This document shows, piece by piece, positions 20,356-32,200 of a DNA stretch of 64,000 nucleotides. Positions within the stretch are counted from its first letter, which is position 1, and each line of letters begins with the position of its first letter. The stretch spans positions 992,001 to 1,056,000 of the forward strand of contig CAWJYV010000008.1 of the NCBI GenBank assembly GCA_963847185.1, written 5' to 3'. Position numbers and translations under genes: made by a program. The stretch is from an uncultured Methanosarcinaceae archaeon (lineage in GTDB: Archaea > Halobacteriota > Methanosarcinia > Methanosarcinales > Methanosarcinaceae). The notes beneath the pieces were generated by a model. The model was given only the letters and a program-made list of their open reading frames with translations. It had not been told where the DNA came from and did no database searches.

Positions 20356-20791
20356 ATGAGAAAAGCACTGATTACATTGATACTACTATTTGGCGTCTTC
20401 CTGATAATAGGATGTACGGAAAATAAGCCGATAACTCCAAACAAAACTGGAACTCCAGAGCAATCTGTAACTCCTGCTGAAACAGTTACTCCAACCGGAG
20501 AAAAATACAACTGAAAAACAGACTACAACTGAAATGCAGAATGTAACAGAGAAACTGGAAGTGAAAGAATATACACTTGAAGAACTTGCAGAATACAACG
20601 GTAAAAATGGGGGGAAGACATACGTTGCCTATCAAGGCAAGGTCTACGACGTCTCTGATAATAATGTTTGGAAAAATGGCACTCATAAAGGATGCAACGC
20701 AGGGACGGATCTCACTGGAAAAATGGACAAGGCACCACATAGGGCTGAAATATTAAAGGTATACCCTGTTGTTGGGACTTTGAAAAAATAA
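20356..20791 (+). pseudogene. Lipoprotein with cytochrome b5-like heme/steroid-binding domain, +1 frameshift near 20500
   Basis: MRKALITLILLFGVFLIIG-C lipobox; removing one base joins it to EYTLEELAEYNGKNG…YVAYQGKVYDVS…AGTDLT…APH. Confidence 0.75.
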
Positions 20792-21036
20792 CCTCATTCT
20801 GTAAAACCTCTAAAACAGGTTTTATCTTTTTCATGGTTCATGAATTTTCAGGTAAAACTTATCAATTTCCTTTAATTTATCTCTAATTTGAGAAAATTTT
20901 CCTAAATTCTGATTAATGCATGCATTGAGGACAAACATATAGGAATTAACGTAGTAAACTCATTTTCTTTATAATGTCTTATTATCTATGAGCTAATCCT
21001 GAACTAAAAAATGATTCTTAGAGTTTTTATTACATT

Positions 21037-21300
21037 GGGAGCGCAGAGGTCACTGAGTACCCCATTCTTTAGATTGGGGATGAAGTGAACCCTCGCCTCT
21101 TCGTTTTTCCCTTTACATATCTTAATAATCTAATCTTTGGAAAGTGATCGGAAATCGGACAGAGTCTCGGTGGCAGAGTTTCAATCACTTAGATCAATGA
21201 AACCATGTTAAAGGACACTGTGACTTCTTTTCCGAGTAACCGGGCGGGCGGCCCAAGCATACCCCATCCTTTAGGGTGGGGTGGCCGCCCGCAATTTGAT
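21037..21300 (+). mobile_element. Non-autonomous IS200/IS605-family derivative (both subterminal hairpins, no transposase)
   Basis: Left ACCCCATTCTTTAGATTGGGG (21059-21079); right ACCCCATCCT-TT-AGGGTGGGGT (21261-21282) inside a GCGGGCGGCC/GGCCGCCCGC stem; GC-rich in an AT-rich context. Confidence 0.6.
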
Positions 21301-21346
21301 TTTATATATCACGTCAGCATAATGTATTTTTGTGCATTTTTTGCAC

Positions 21347-22866
21347 TTAATTCTCCTCGTTATTAGTAGTACTCCCTGAACTTCTGTTCGTTATTAATAG
21401 TGCTTCCTGAATTCTCCCCGTTATTAGTAGTACTTCCTGCACTTTGTCCGTTATTAATAGTGCTTCCTGAATTCTCCCCGTTATTAGTAGTACTTCCTGC
21501 ACTTTGTCCGTTATTAATAGTGCTTCCTGAATTCTCCCCGTTATTAGTAGTACTTCCTGCACTTTGTCCGTTATTAATAGTGTTTCCACCGTCTACTGTA
21601 CTTCCGGAGTAATCTCCATTGTTAATGGTATTTCCACCATCTACTGTACTTCCTGAATTATCTCCATTATTAATGGTATTTCCACCGTCTACTGTACTTC
21701 CGGAGTAATCTCCATTGTTAATGGTATTTCCACCATCTACTGTACTTCCGGAGTAATCTCCATTGTTAATGGTATTTCCACCATCTACTGTACTTCCGGA
21801 GTAATCTCCATTGTTAATGGTATTTCCACCATCTACTGTACTTCCGGAATTATCCCCATTGTTGATAGTGTTTCCACCATTAACTATACTTCCTGCATTT
21901 TGTCCGTTATTGATGATGTTTCCCGCATGTTCTCCATTGTTAATGAAATTTCCTGCACTTTGTCCATTATTAATGGTATTATATCCATTAGTTATACTTC
22001 CGGAGTTCTCTCCATTGTATATTTCGGCCTCTGCATATTGTCCATCATTAATGGTCACCCCTGCATCCTGTCCATTATTGATGGTATTATCTCCATTAGA
22101 CTATACTTCCTGAGTTCTCTCCATTGTTTATTTCGGCCTCTGCATATTGTCCATCGTTAATGGTCACCCCTGCATCCTGTCCATTATTGATGGTATTATC
22201 TCCATTATCTATACTCCCTGCGTCCTCTCCATTATTAATGGTGCTTCCTGCATATTGTCCACTGTTAATAGTGCTTCCTGCTTCCTCTCCATCATTTACA
22301 GTGTTCCCTGAGGATTGCCCATTGTTAATAGTGCTTCCTGCGTTCTGACCTATGTTAATAGTAGCCCCTGCATACTGTCCTATATTGAATGTGCTTCCAG
22401 CGTACTGCCCTATGTTAAAGGAACTTCCTGCATCCTGTCCATTCGCAGTAGTGTTCCCTGCATCAGATTCATTGTTAGTGGTATTTCCTGTACTGGATTC
22501 ATTGTTAATTGTGCCGTTTATGTTCAACTCATCGTTAACGTTACTTCCTGAGCTCCGGCGATTGTGAATTATGATCCTTGATTTCTGCTCATTGTTAAAT
22601 GTGACATTATTAAATGTGACATCGTTAAATGTATTACACGAGTCAGGTCCATTGACAAATATAACATTGTTAAATGTTACATTATTAAATATGTTCCCTG
22701 ATTCTGCATCTATATAAATAGGGGGTTCTGTATTCTTCTCTGAATTACTGTTGTTTCCTATCTCACTGGTGCTTTCTGCTGCTGCAGTTGTCACTAATAT
22801 CAAAAAAAGAGTTGTTATGAAAAGGCATCCTGTCTTCTTAATTCTATTAAATTTCTGTTTTCCCAT
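21347..22866 (-). pseudogene. Secreted Asn/Gly/Thr-rich repeat protein (10- and 16-aa repeats) with two +1 frameshifts
   Basis: Signal MGKQKFNRIKK…TTAAA; repeats GSTINNGQSA and GSTVDGGNTINNGDYS; extra bases near 22099 and 21383 break the repeat phase. Confidence 0.75.
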
Positions 22867-23517
22867 TTGTTCCTGTTCCCCACTCGTTTACTTAACTTGC
22901 TATGATTTTAAGGTTGACATTATCAATTTATTTCCCGTAGATAAACGACTGTAAAGTGCTATTTTTCTTTATTTTCAGTCCAGTCAAGTCTTTAAAAAAC
23001 GTTTACAAGATAATATGATAAAATTCGAAAATAAATAGGTATGTAAGGCCTAAATTAATATTAATATTGTTTTGATATCATACTGAAACGTGCCACATTT
23101 TTGTTAAACTTCCAAATCATCACTTCTTTGTGAAATGATTTTTTTAGAACCAAGTCAGTAATCTGGAGTGTAATATCTGATTCAATTGAGCACCAATTAA
23201 GGAATTCCAGAGAAAAACGAAATCTTTCCCTGGGTTTTAATCGGTTTATTTATGGATACTGATTTCTATCTCGAAACTCTCATTATTTATACGTTAAAAC
23301 AAATAATTATAGTATATAATAAAACGAAGGCAGTAAAAAGGATGCCCTCTTAATAATAAATTAATAGTTTCTCAAGAAGCTTCTCAAAAATCTAGTAATA
23401 ATAACCCTTTGCTCATTGTGCTTTTTTCATTGAAAGAGCAAAGTAGCTGTGAACTATCTCTATAATTAAAGACCGATTAAAAATAAAATTTGAAGTTCTT
23501 AAAAAGGGGTGCAGTTT

Positions 23518-24324
23518 ATGAAAATTCTCGTACTTTATTCAGGCGAACTTGGAAAAAAGGTCATTCAGAATCTGATTAATCCGGCAAGTTTCTGTGTGTC
23601 TTGTGGAGAACTCTGCAACCACTGCAGACAGGTCAGGAAGTCATATGCAAATCTCATTGTAGGAATTCATGAATTTCCCGAAGATTTGCCCCAGTTCATA
23701 GAAGAGCCAGAACAATACCTACCTTCAGGGCTTCCGGAATGTGATCTGATACTTGCTATCGGAATCCATCCTGATCTCATCATAGCTTTGCCGGAGGTTG
23801 TGCGAAACACAAAGGCAAAAGCCGTAATTGCACCAGCTGAAGACTCGAAAAAAACTCCTGCAGGTATCCTTGAACAGCTTAGAAAAGAGCTTGAAGCCAT
23901 GGGAGTTGAGTTTGAGGCACCAAAACCCTTCTGTGCCCTTGTGAAAACCGGGAAGCCTATTATAGATGCTTTCGTCGATCTTGGTTTCGGAAAGCCTGTG
24001 CTCAGAATCGAAATGAGCCCTGACGGAAAGATGTTCATAGGCGCAGGTGTTCTCAGGGACGCTCCATGCGGCTCAACCTGGTTTGTGGCCAAAAAGCTCG
24101 GCTGGACTGATATTTCCGGATACAAAGAAACTGTTTCAGGTGCTCATCATTCCTACCCCTGTACCGGAAGCATGGACAAAGATCCTCAGCTTGGGGACAC
24201 TATCCTGCACAAAGCGGGGTACATTATCAGGGAAGCTGTTGAAGAAGGAATGGAATGTGCAAAAAATGAAAAGGCACGAATTTCAGTAACCTGCGGTGAT
24301 GAGATCTCCAGCTCAAGTTTCTGA
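23518..24324 (+). CDS. DUF166-family protein
   Basis: CVSCGELCNHCR, IHPDL, PKPFCAL, RDAPCGSTW, HHSYPCTGSM; AGGGGTG RBS before ATG 23518. Confidence 0.75.
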   Translation: MKILVLYSGELGKKVIQNLINPASFCVSCGELCNHCRQVRKSYANLIVGIHEFPEDLPQFIEEPEQYLPSGLPECDLILAIGIHPDLIIALPEVVRNTKAKAVIAPAEDSKKTPAGILEQLRKELEAMGVEFEAPKPFCALVKTGKPIIDAFVDLGFGKPVLRIEMSPDGKMFIGAGVLRDAPCGSTWFVAKKLGWTDISGYKETVSGAHHSYPCTGSMDKDPQLGDTILHKAGYIIREAVEEGMECAKNEKARISVTCGDEISSSSF

Positions 24325-24537
24325 AAGAAGCGGAGTAATTATGAAAGCGAATTAATTTGCGAATACCAATCCGAACTCAACTGAAAAAGGCTATTTTAAC
24401 TAAGTCTTTATTAATTTTTAAAGGCGCGGAGACATTGGAAAAAATAAAGGCACGATTTTTCCGTACCTATCCTTACTTTTCTCAATTGCAGAACCCTATA
24501 GGATCAGCTGTAGGTTTTAAAGCCCTAAACTTTATTT

Positions 24538-25239
24538 TCAGGTTTGGGCCTGGAAATAAACCTCTTCGTAGGGCTGAACGACCACAAATCCTTCTCCTTT
24601 AAATGCCATCTGGATGGATTCTCCACTGCTTCTTCCAACCAGAGTTTTCAGGGAAATATCAGTTTTTATGTCCGGTTCAAGATTCCCTGACCAGGCAACT
24701 GTAGCATTGGGATCTGTGAAAACAGGGTTCCCTTCACTCACCTTGAGAGTCAGGGGTTCATAATGGGTAGTTATGGCAACCATGCCCGTTCCTTCCAGCT
24801 TCACGTTGAAAAGTCCTCCTGCCATCATACCAGCAACTTTTCTCAGGAGCCTGATATCCCAGTTTATTGAAGTCTCGAATGCAAGAAGATCATTTCCGTT
24901 TACAAAGATAGAATCGTTTTCCAGCTTCAGGACTGAGACTTTCTTTCCCTCGTCTGCGAGGTAGAGTTTTCCCCTCCCTTCAGCTTTTGTAAGGCTGACC
25001 CCTTCCCCTGTAAGGGATTTTTTCACGAGTTTGCCAAGCCCGTGTTCAAGAATTCCTTCTCGTGTAAACATGATGTTTCCTGTATAAGCGACCATGGAGC
25101 CTTTTTTTGTCCAGACCGTTCCATCAAGGTTTACCTCAAGCAAACGTTCGCGTTCCAGCTCGAAAACTCCCTGGTTAAGATTTCTTTCTCCTGTGCTTTG
25201 AATGAAATCTTCTATCGAATAACGTTCCATTTTTCTCAT
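24538..25239 (-). CDS. AIM24-family protein
   Basis: KKGSMVAYTG, GEGVSL…GRGKLYLAD, GGLFNVKLEGTG, GESIQMAFKGEGFVVVQP. Confidence 0.88.
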   Translation of the reverse strand: MRKMERYSIEDFIQSTGERNLNQGVFELERERLLEVNLDGTVWTKKGSMVAYTGNIMFTREGILEHGLGKLVKKSLTGEGVSLTKAEGRGKLYLADEGKKVSVLKLENDSIFVNGNDLLAFETSINWDIRLLRKVAGMMAGGLFNVKLEGTGMVAITTHYEPLTLKVSEGNPVFTDPNATVAWSGNLEPDIKTDISLKTLVGRSSGESIQMAFKGEGFVVVQPYEEVYFQAQT

Positions 25240-25620
25240 CTCTTTTTTTATGTCTTTATTTTTTATAACTTTAAAAGAGTTTTATTGTTTATCCTCAAAT
25301 ATAAAATAGAGATATATTTTAGACTGTTCTCCTGATGAGAGATAGTATCCCGGAAAAACTGTTACATTATATCGCTGGAATTTTTGCGATTAAACTGAAA
25401 AATCAACAGCAAATAATTGAATAAGAAAAAGCATTATGTGGTTTTGAAGCAAAGTTGAATATAAGAGGTGCTATTGGATGATTTGTGAGAAACCCAAATT
25501 CCTCCTCTAAATACCGTGGAAATTAATTACTGTCTACTTTGTACTATTTAATTTCAGATTTCAGGAACGCAAATTGGTTGGCTCTCAGTTAATTAACTGA
25601 GAGTTTCCCAATTGAGTTTC

Positions 25621-26517
25621 TTATTTACAATTTACAATTTTATTGTCGTGTATATTTACATTAGTTTCTTTTGTGTTTACATGTGCTATTGCAGGAGCAG
25701 GCAAATCATGGAAATAGTTGCCATAGACTTCTATGTTAGAAACTTTTCCTTCTAATTCCAGACCCGCATATCCTCCTCCAGATGTTGTACATTCGTTATT
25801 CGCAAACACTCCGTTGGTAATAGTATAGAATCTGCAGGAGGAGTTAGTCCGATTTATAAATTTGCTATTTTTAACTGTAATGTTTTTTGAATTATAGGCA
25901 TATACACCGTCATGCCCGCATTTATTCGCTGTAATTCCATCTATGAGAATATTGGAACATTTATTCAATAGGATAGCATCGTTACATCCATTCTTAAATG
26001 TGACATTCTCAATTGTTAACCCGTTAACGCCTATGAGTGTTGCCATGTTGTAACAGGAAGTTCCAAGCTTTACTTTTGGGTAGTAATCGCTCTGGCTGCC
26101 GTCAACTACTATGTTACTGAGTCCAACATTGGTTGCAGAATTGCCTTTTATCATAAACATAGCTTTTTCGTTTGCTATACTGACCTTTCGACCACCCCAA
26201 ACAGGTAGTCCAGAGGCGAGTTTCACTGTTGCAGTGCTGTCTCCCGTCAGAGTTACTCCGCTTCGAAGCATAATGGAGTCAGCTATATAATATGTAAACG
26301 AGCCTTTTAAGTAGACTGTTGGAATGGAATTTGCTGCTGCATATTCAAGTGCCTTGTTAATCTCAACATTATCGGCTTTTCCATCGCAGTTGTAGTCTCC
26401 GCTTCCATCTCCGGCAACAGTTATAACCTGTGTACTCTGAGCGCCTAATACATTCGGTACGGTTGTTAAAATAAGGCATGTGACCAGGAATAGGGTTCCT
26501 AGCTGTCTTTTTTGCAT
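25621..26517 (-). CDS. Secreted right-handed beta-helix protein (disaggregatase-related/pectin lyase-like)
   Basis: Signal peptide, VAGDGSGDYNCDG..DNVEIN.AL motif, GHDG and parallel beta-helix repeats. Confidence 0.8.
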   Translation of the reverse strand: MQKRQLGTLFLVTCLILTTVPNVLGAQSTQVITVAGDGSGDYNCDGKADNVEINKALEYAAANSIPTVYLKGSFTYYIADSIMLRSGVTLTGDSTATVKLASGLPVWGGRKVSIANEKAMFMIKGNSATNVGLSNIVVDGSQSDYYPKVKLGTSCYNMATLIGVNGLTIENVTFKNGCNDAILLNKCSNILIDGITANKCGHDGVYAYNSKNITVKNSKFINRTNSSCRFYTITNGVFANNECTTSGGGYAGLELEGKVSNIEVYGNYFHDLPAPAIAHVNTKETNVNIHDNKIVNCK

Positions 26518-26519
26518 CG

Positions 26520-27010
26520 TATCACCTTTGGGTTGGATTTTTATAGGGATTCAAGTAAAATCAAAATTCATAAGGTAATTCTATACTTTTCCCAAATATT
26601 TCTGAAAATTCCATATTACGTACTCGTAATACCTTTTTTCCGACACATCTAATTAGATTGGATCAGATCCTCTAATCAGGTCGGCTCTATACGGTCATTC
26701 AAAAATCTATATTACGTCTGCGTAATATTTTTGAACCTATCCAATTCGGTTCTCTGCGATTATGTGGGGCGGACACGTTGCACACAGAGTCTCCATTTTC
26801 CAATCACTTTAGGGATTGGTTATTGGAGGTGGCCGGAAATGAGAAGCCTCTGCTTCTCCTACTCAAAATCTGCTACTGACCGCAGGATTTACTCCTTCTG
26901 GTCAATACCTCCTATTTTGTTACTCCAGGCTTTTAGCCAGGTCAACCCTTCTTCCGAAAAATATTCAATTCAAAAGATTTCGTTCACATATCATTAAATT
27001 TCTGAGTTGA
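26520..27010 (-). ncRNA. Candidate long structured 5' leader
   Basis: TTTATAA box at 27033-27039 on the minus strand; at least seven hairpins between it and the ATG at 26517. Confidence 0.45.
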
Positions 27011-27998
27011 CAAATATGGTTATGTGATTATGTTATAAATTATTTTTGGTATTTAATAAAATTAATTTATACAGTTTTCTTCTTTTTTAAGTTAACGTAA
27101 GTTTTTGAATGGATATAAAAAGTAGAATATTCGAAACATTAAAAAAAATTATCAGGAATCAATGAATAAAACAAAGTACGAATAAATAAATTAAATAAAA
27201 AAAATAATATCACTTATATAAATAAATATTAACATATTAGATAATGAATTATAAGCTTTCATACACATCATTTATTCAAAAACGCAATGCTTAGGTATGG
27301 TGCTCATAAAAACAAAAACTATGATATCTTATTGGCATTTTCATCTTATTTTTGACCTTACTTCATAAAATTAAATTTTTTAAGTAAGTATTGTGAAAAA
27401 CCTTTCAAAAGAATTCATTTAATCAGTTGATTGACTAAATACTAGATTATAAATAAATATATATTGTTAATTAAATTCAAATAGCTTGCTAAAATTTAAA
27501 TGAAAAATAGTGAGGAACAAAATCAAAAGATAGTTAATTGTTGAGATGGCTCCATCTCCAATATAAACTAATTAGTAAGTATTTTCATAAGTTGGCCTAT
27601 GAGAGAGCCTACTAAGGTTCAGGAATATATCAATATCTCAGTATAATGATTATTACCAGGTATGAGGAGTTGAAATTTGACAACTAATTATCTTTTATTA
27701 ATTTTTTCCCCGGCCTGGCATCTTTACCTTCTATTTAATGTTAATTTTTTATTTGGTATTGCTAACTAAATATAGTTAACTCATTATTTCTGTATTTCAT
27801 TAAGAGAAGTACAGAGTACTTTAGCATTTCAAGACTCTTAGTATAACACTTTGTCTTTCGCCTCAATCTTGCCAGAACATTCAAAATAAAAAGTATACCC
27901 TGCAGGTTTCTTACCAAAATATTTATTATATTTGGACTGTAATGACATTGCCTAGACACAACCTGTAAGCTGGGGCTCTTTTGATGAAAACAAGGCAA

Positions 27999-29297
27999 AT
28001 GTTGGCAGAAAACGATGAAATTGGTACGTTTAGTTTTGTTCATACTGCGGACTTGCACCTTGACAGTCCTTTTGTCGGAATTTCCGGAGTGGACCCAAAA
28101 CTGGGAGAGAGGCTTGCAAAAGCGACATTTCAGGCATATGAAACCATCATCGAACTTTGTATCGATAGAGAGGTTAACTTCCTTCTTATAGCAGGGGATG
28201 TGTATGATAGTACTGATAAGAGCCTTTATGCACAGGTCAGATTCATAGAAGGACTTAAAAAACTAAATGTTGCCGGGATCCAGGCATATATTTGCCACGG
28301 GAACCATGATCCGCTTGAAGGCTGGTCTGCGAGTCTTCTATGGCCTGAAAACGTACACATTATGAGTGGGAAAAGTACTGAGATACTGGAATTTGAAAAA
28401 AATGGAGAAACTGCTGCAATCGTTGCTGGAAGAAGTTATCTCACCCAGCGTATCACGACCAATCTTGTAAAAAGCTTCCCACAAAAAGAAGAAAACTGGC
28501 CTTTTACTATAGGACTCCTGCATTGCAGTGTGGGAAACTGTGAGGGACATGATCCCTATGCACCCTGTACTCTACAGGACCTTAAGGATCTCAATTATAA
28601 TTACTGGGCTCTGGGCCATATCCATACTCCTTCTATAATTTGCAAAGAAGATCCAGTTGTAATATATCCTGGAAACCCCCAGGGAAGACACTCAGGAGAA
28701 ACCGGGGCAAGAGGCTGCTATTTCGTTAAAGTTGAAGCAGGGGAGATAGTATCTGCAGAGTTTATTGAAACCGGCTCCGTTAGATGGCATATAAGGGAAG
28801 TTTCCATCGAAGGCCTGGAAAATGAAGGAAAACTCATAGAAATCCTTTCAAATCAACTGGAAGATATCAGAGAAAATTCCGAGGGTAGAGCTGCTATTTG
28901 CAGACTGGTGCTCAAAGGAAGGGGACCTTTACACCGCTCCCTCAGGAATGAAGGTTTTCTTGGAGAAATTCTCCAGATCCTCAGAGAAAACGAAAGCCAG
29001 AGCCAGCAGTTTGTCTGGGTAGAACGCATTGAAGACGAGACACGTTTCCCGATCGAAAGGGACTTTCTGCTTAAAAGGGAGGATTTTCTGGGGGATGTGG
29101 TAAAAATCTCGGAGTTATTAAAGACTGATTTGGCAGCCCGGAATGAATTTCTTGAAAGCCTGAACTCTCTTTTTAATTCAAAGAGCGGGAGAAAATTCAT
29201 TTCAAAAATAAATGATGAAGAAATGGATTCTTTGCTTGAACGTGCAGAAAACATCCTTCTTGATACTCTTTTAACGGAGGAAAAACATGAAAATTAA
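27999..29297 (+). CDS. YhaO/SbcD/Mre11-like metallophosphoesterase nuclease
   Basis: ADLHLD, AGDVYD, GNHD, LGHIH, YPGNPQGR; start uncertain (27981-27999). Confidence 0.9.
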   Translation: MLAENDEIGTFSFVHTADLHLDSPFVGISGVDPKLGERLAKATFQAYETIIELCIDREVNFLLIAGDVYDSTDKSLYAQVRFIEGLKKLNVAGIQAYICHGNHDPLEGWSASLLWPENVHIMSGKSTEILEFEKNGETAAIVAGRSYLTQRITTNLVKSFPQKEENWPFTIGLLHCSVGNCEGHDPYAPCTLQDLKDLNYNYWALGHIHTPSIICKEDPVVIYPGNPQGRHSGETGARGCYFVKVEAGEIVSAEFIETGSVRWHIREVSIEGLENEGKLIEILSNQLEDIRENSEGRAAICRLVLKGRGPLHRSLRNEGFLGEILQILRENESQSQQFVWVERIEDETRFPIERDFLLKREDFLGDVVKISELLKTDLAARNEFLESLNSLFNSKSGRKFISKINDEEMDSLLERAENILLDTLLTEEKHEN

Positions 29298-32200
29298 TGC
29301 CCTCCATATCGACGGGTTTGGAAAATTTTCCGGGCTGTCCATAGAAGACCTGCCATCCGGCCTTGTCGTTTATAAAGGGGCAAACGAAGCCGGGAAATCC
29401 ACATTGTTTACTTTCATCAGGCGAATGTTTTTTGGAATCCCTAATAATAGGTCCTGCAACCTTTACCTCCCACTGGAAGGAGGACAACATGGGGGAAGAC
29501 TGATTGTCAACAATTCTTACGGGGAGCGCTGCGTAATAGAAAGAAATACCAGCAGAAAAGACGAGGTAAAAGTCAGACTTCCTGATGGAACTGAAGGAGG
29601 AAGAATCGAGCTCCTGAAACTCCTTGATCATGCCGATAGAAGTGTTTTCGAAAATATCTATGCATTTGGCCTGGAAGAATTGCAGAGTTTTGAAACCCTG
29701 AATGACCAGAGTATTAACAGTAAACTCTACTGTGCAGGCACAGGAATTGGAGTTTCCATTTCCGAAGTTCTGGACTCGATCAGTAGTAGAGAAAGTAACC
29801 TGTACAAACTAAAGGGAAGCAAACCCAGGATAAATGAGCTGTTCAGAGAAATTGGGGAAATCCAGAAAAAAATTACCGAAATTGAAGAAGTCCAGAAAAA
29901 ATACGATTCACTTCATTTTGAACTTGAACAGAAATCAAGACTTATTGAGGAGTTAAAAGGAAAATCCCAGAAGGTTAAAAGAAAGTCGGATCATATCCAG
30001 AGCTTATTTTCGGTGTGGGAAAATTGGAGGGCCTTACAGGAATCAGGAACCTCTCTGAGAGAGCTACCTGAGCTTAAGAGTTTTCCTGAAAAAGGGGAAG
30101 AAACTGTTTTAAAGCTTCAGGAAAAGCTCAAAGAGCTCAAAGAAGCTATTTCAGACCTTCAGCAGGAACTCGAGAAAAACGGTATAAGACAAAGGGACAT
30201 CCAGATTGATGAAAAGCTGCTTGGGAAAAAAAATGAAATACTGGAACTGGCAGGCGGGGTTGAGAAATACAGATCAGAATGTAAAACGTTTCCTGTGCTG
30301 GAAATAAACCTCAAGGAGGAAAAAGCTGAATTTTCAGAACGCCTTCTGGAATTGGGCCCTTCCTGGAATGAAAACATACTGAACAATTTTGACCGCTCTA
30401 TCCCAGCAAAAGAAGCCATAATCCAGATGCAAAAGGCTATTGAGAATGCTGAAAGCGAAATCAAAGAGAAAAGATCTGAACTGGTGCAGGTCCTGAGAAG
30501 CCTCGAAAAGTGCCTTAAGGAAAACAATGGATTTGACGAAAGGTTCCTGATGCATAAGGATATAATTGCAGAACTTGGAAACGGTATTGCAAAATACCGA
30601 GCCGACAGGGATTTCCTCCTATCCGGAGAACAGGAACTTAATGCTAAGAGGATCGAATTCCATGAAATAATAAGCGGATTGGGTAGTGGCTGGGATGAAG
30701 AGACCTTAAATCTTTTTGATCATTCGATTTCTACAAGAGAAAATATAGTCCAGAAGCGGAAGGAAATAGAAGATTCTGCAAGAATTATTGAGAGAATCCG
30801 GGATCGGATGGAAGAAGCCGTTAAAGAAATTGACGAACTGCGCGAAGAAATAGAGTCTCTGGAAGAGAAACTGAATTCGCATTCAATCCTTCCGAGTTAT
30901 GAAAAAATAAAGCAAGAACTTGAAGCAGTGAGTTACCTCAGGGCAAAATATCCATTGCTTAAGGAAAAAGAAGCTGAACTCAAGAATCTCGAAAAAGACC
31001 TGGAAAAAGATGCACGTCTCTTTGCAACACTCAGGCCCGGTAATGTCACCGGAAGTGAAGGAAAACTCCCCCTATGGCCTGCAGGGATGATTCTGGTCTC
31101 AGGAGGCATCGGTTTAGTTTATGAGTACATGAATGATTCTCTGCTTCCAGGAGTTGTCATATTCCTGCTTCTTTTTGCAACTTCTGTTGCATATGTTTTG
31201 ACAGTCACGAAAAAATCTCCAGTTTCTTCTTCCCTCTCTTCTCCTCTCCCGGCACAGCAAGAGGAAAGTGTAGCAGAAAATAGAAGAGCGCAGGGTCTGA
31301 AAGAGCAGCTTTCTAAGGAGCTTATATTCCTGAAAGACAGTATGAAAATAAAAGCAAAAAGATGCGGCTTTGAAGAAATTCCTGATCCTTCTGTGCTGGA
31401 GAGGAAAGCTGATGAGCTGCAAAATACAAAGGAAGAATTAAGAGCTGCCAGTGAATTGAGGCTGCAGCAGGAGAGGCTCCAGAAGAAACTGGACAGGTTG
31501 AATTCCAGTTACTTCTCTCTTGAGAATACCCTGAATGCCGAGAAAAGAAAGGAAGAAGAAAAATTTCAGGGATGGAGACAGCAGCTTGTTTCCTTTGGAC
31601 TTAATCCTGCACTCTCTACCGAGAATGTGCTTGAGATTTTCTCCTCTATCAGGACATGCCTGGAAAAACAGAAGACTATTAAAGAGCTTGAAAAGCAGGT
31701 AAAGCTCAAAGAAGAAGCTGTTGCGAAGTATGAAAAGGAATCACAGGATGTCCTGAAAGCCTGTGGAAAGCCAGTTATGGGAGCAGGCTTAGAAAATGAA
31801 ATAGCAAAGCTCAGAGAAGAAGTGAATATTGCATTTAACCAGGCTGAGAGAGGGAAAAAACTTGAAGCTGAGGCCGAAGTCCTGAAGAAGAAAAAAGAGG
31901 AACTCGAAGACCAGCTTCTGCAAGAAGAGAAGGAAAGAGCCGAGCTTTCCAATAACTGGAGCAAGTGGCTTGTATCCTGTGGACTTGACCCCTCACTTTC
32001 CGTAGAAAGTGTTATCGGAATCTTTTCAGGAATCAGAATCTGCTTTGACAAGCAGAGAAGTATCAGAAAGCTTGAGGAACAGATAGCTTCCGGCAGGACT
32101 TCAATAAAAGCTTACGAAACAAAGGTATCCGGGATTTTGCAGGAATGCAGCCGTTCAGTATCAGGGGTTTCTTTTGACACGGAAGTTGAAAAACTCCGTT

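Noticed and set aside
26731-26997. 88-aa plus-strand ORF
   Set aside because: No RBS or recognisable motif; better explained by the structured minus-strand leader
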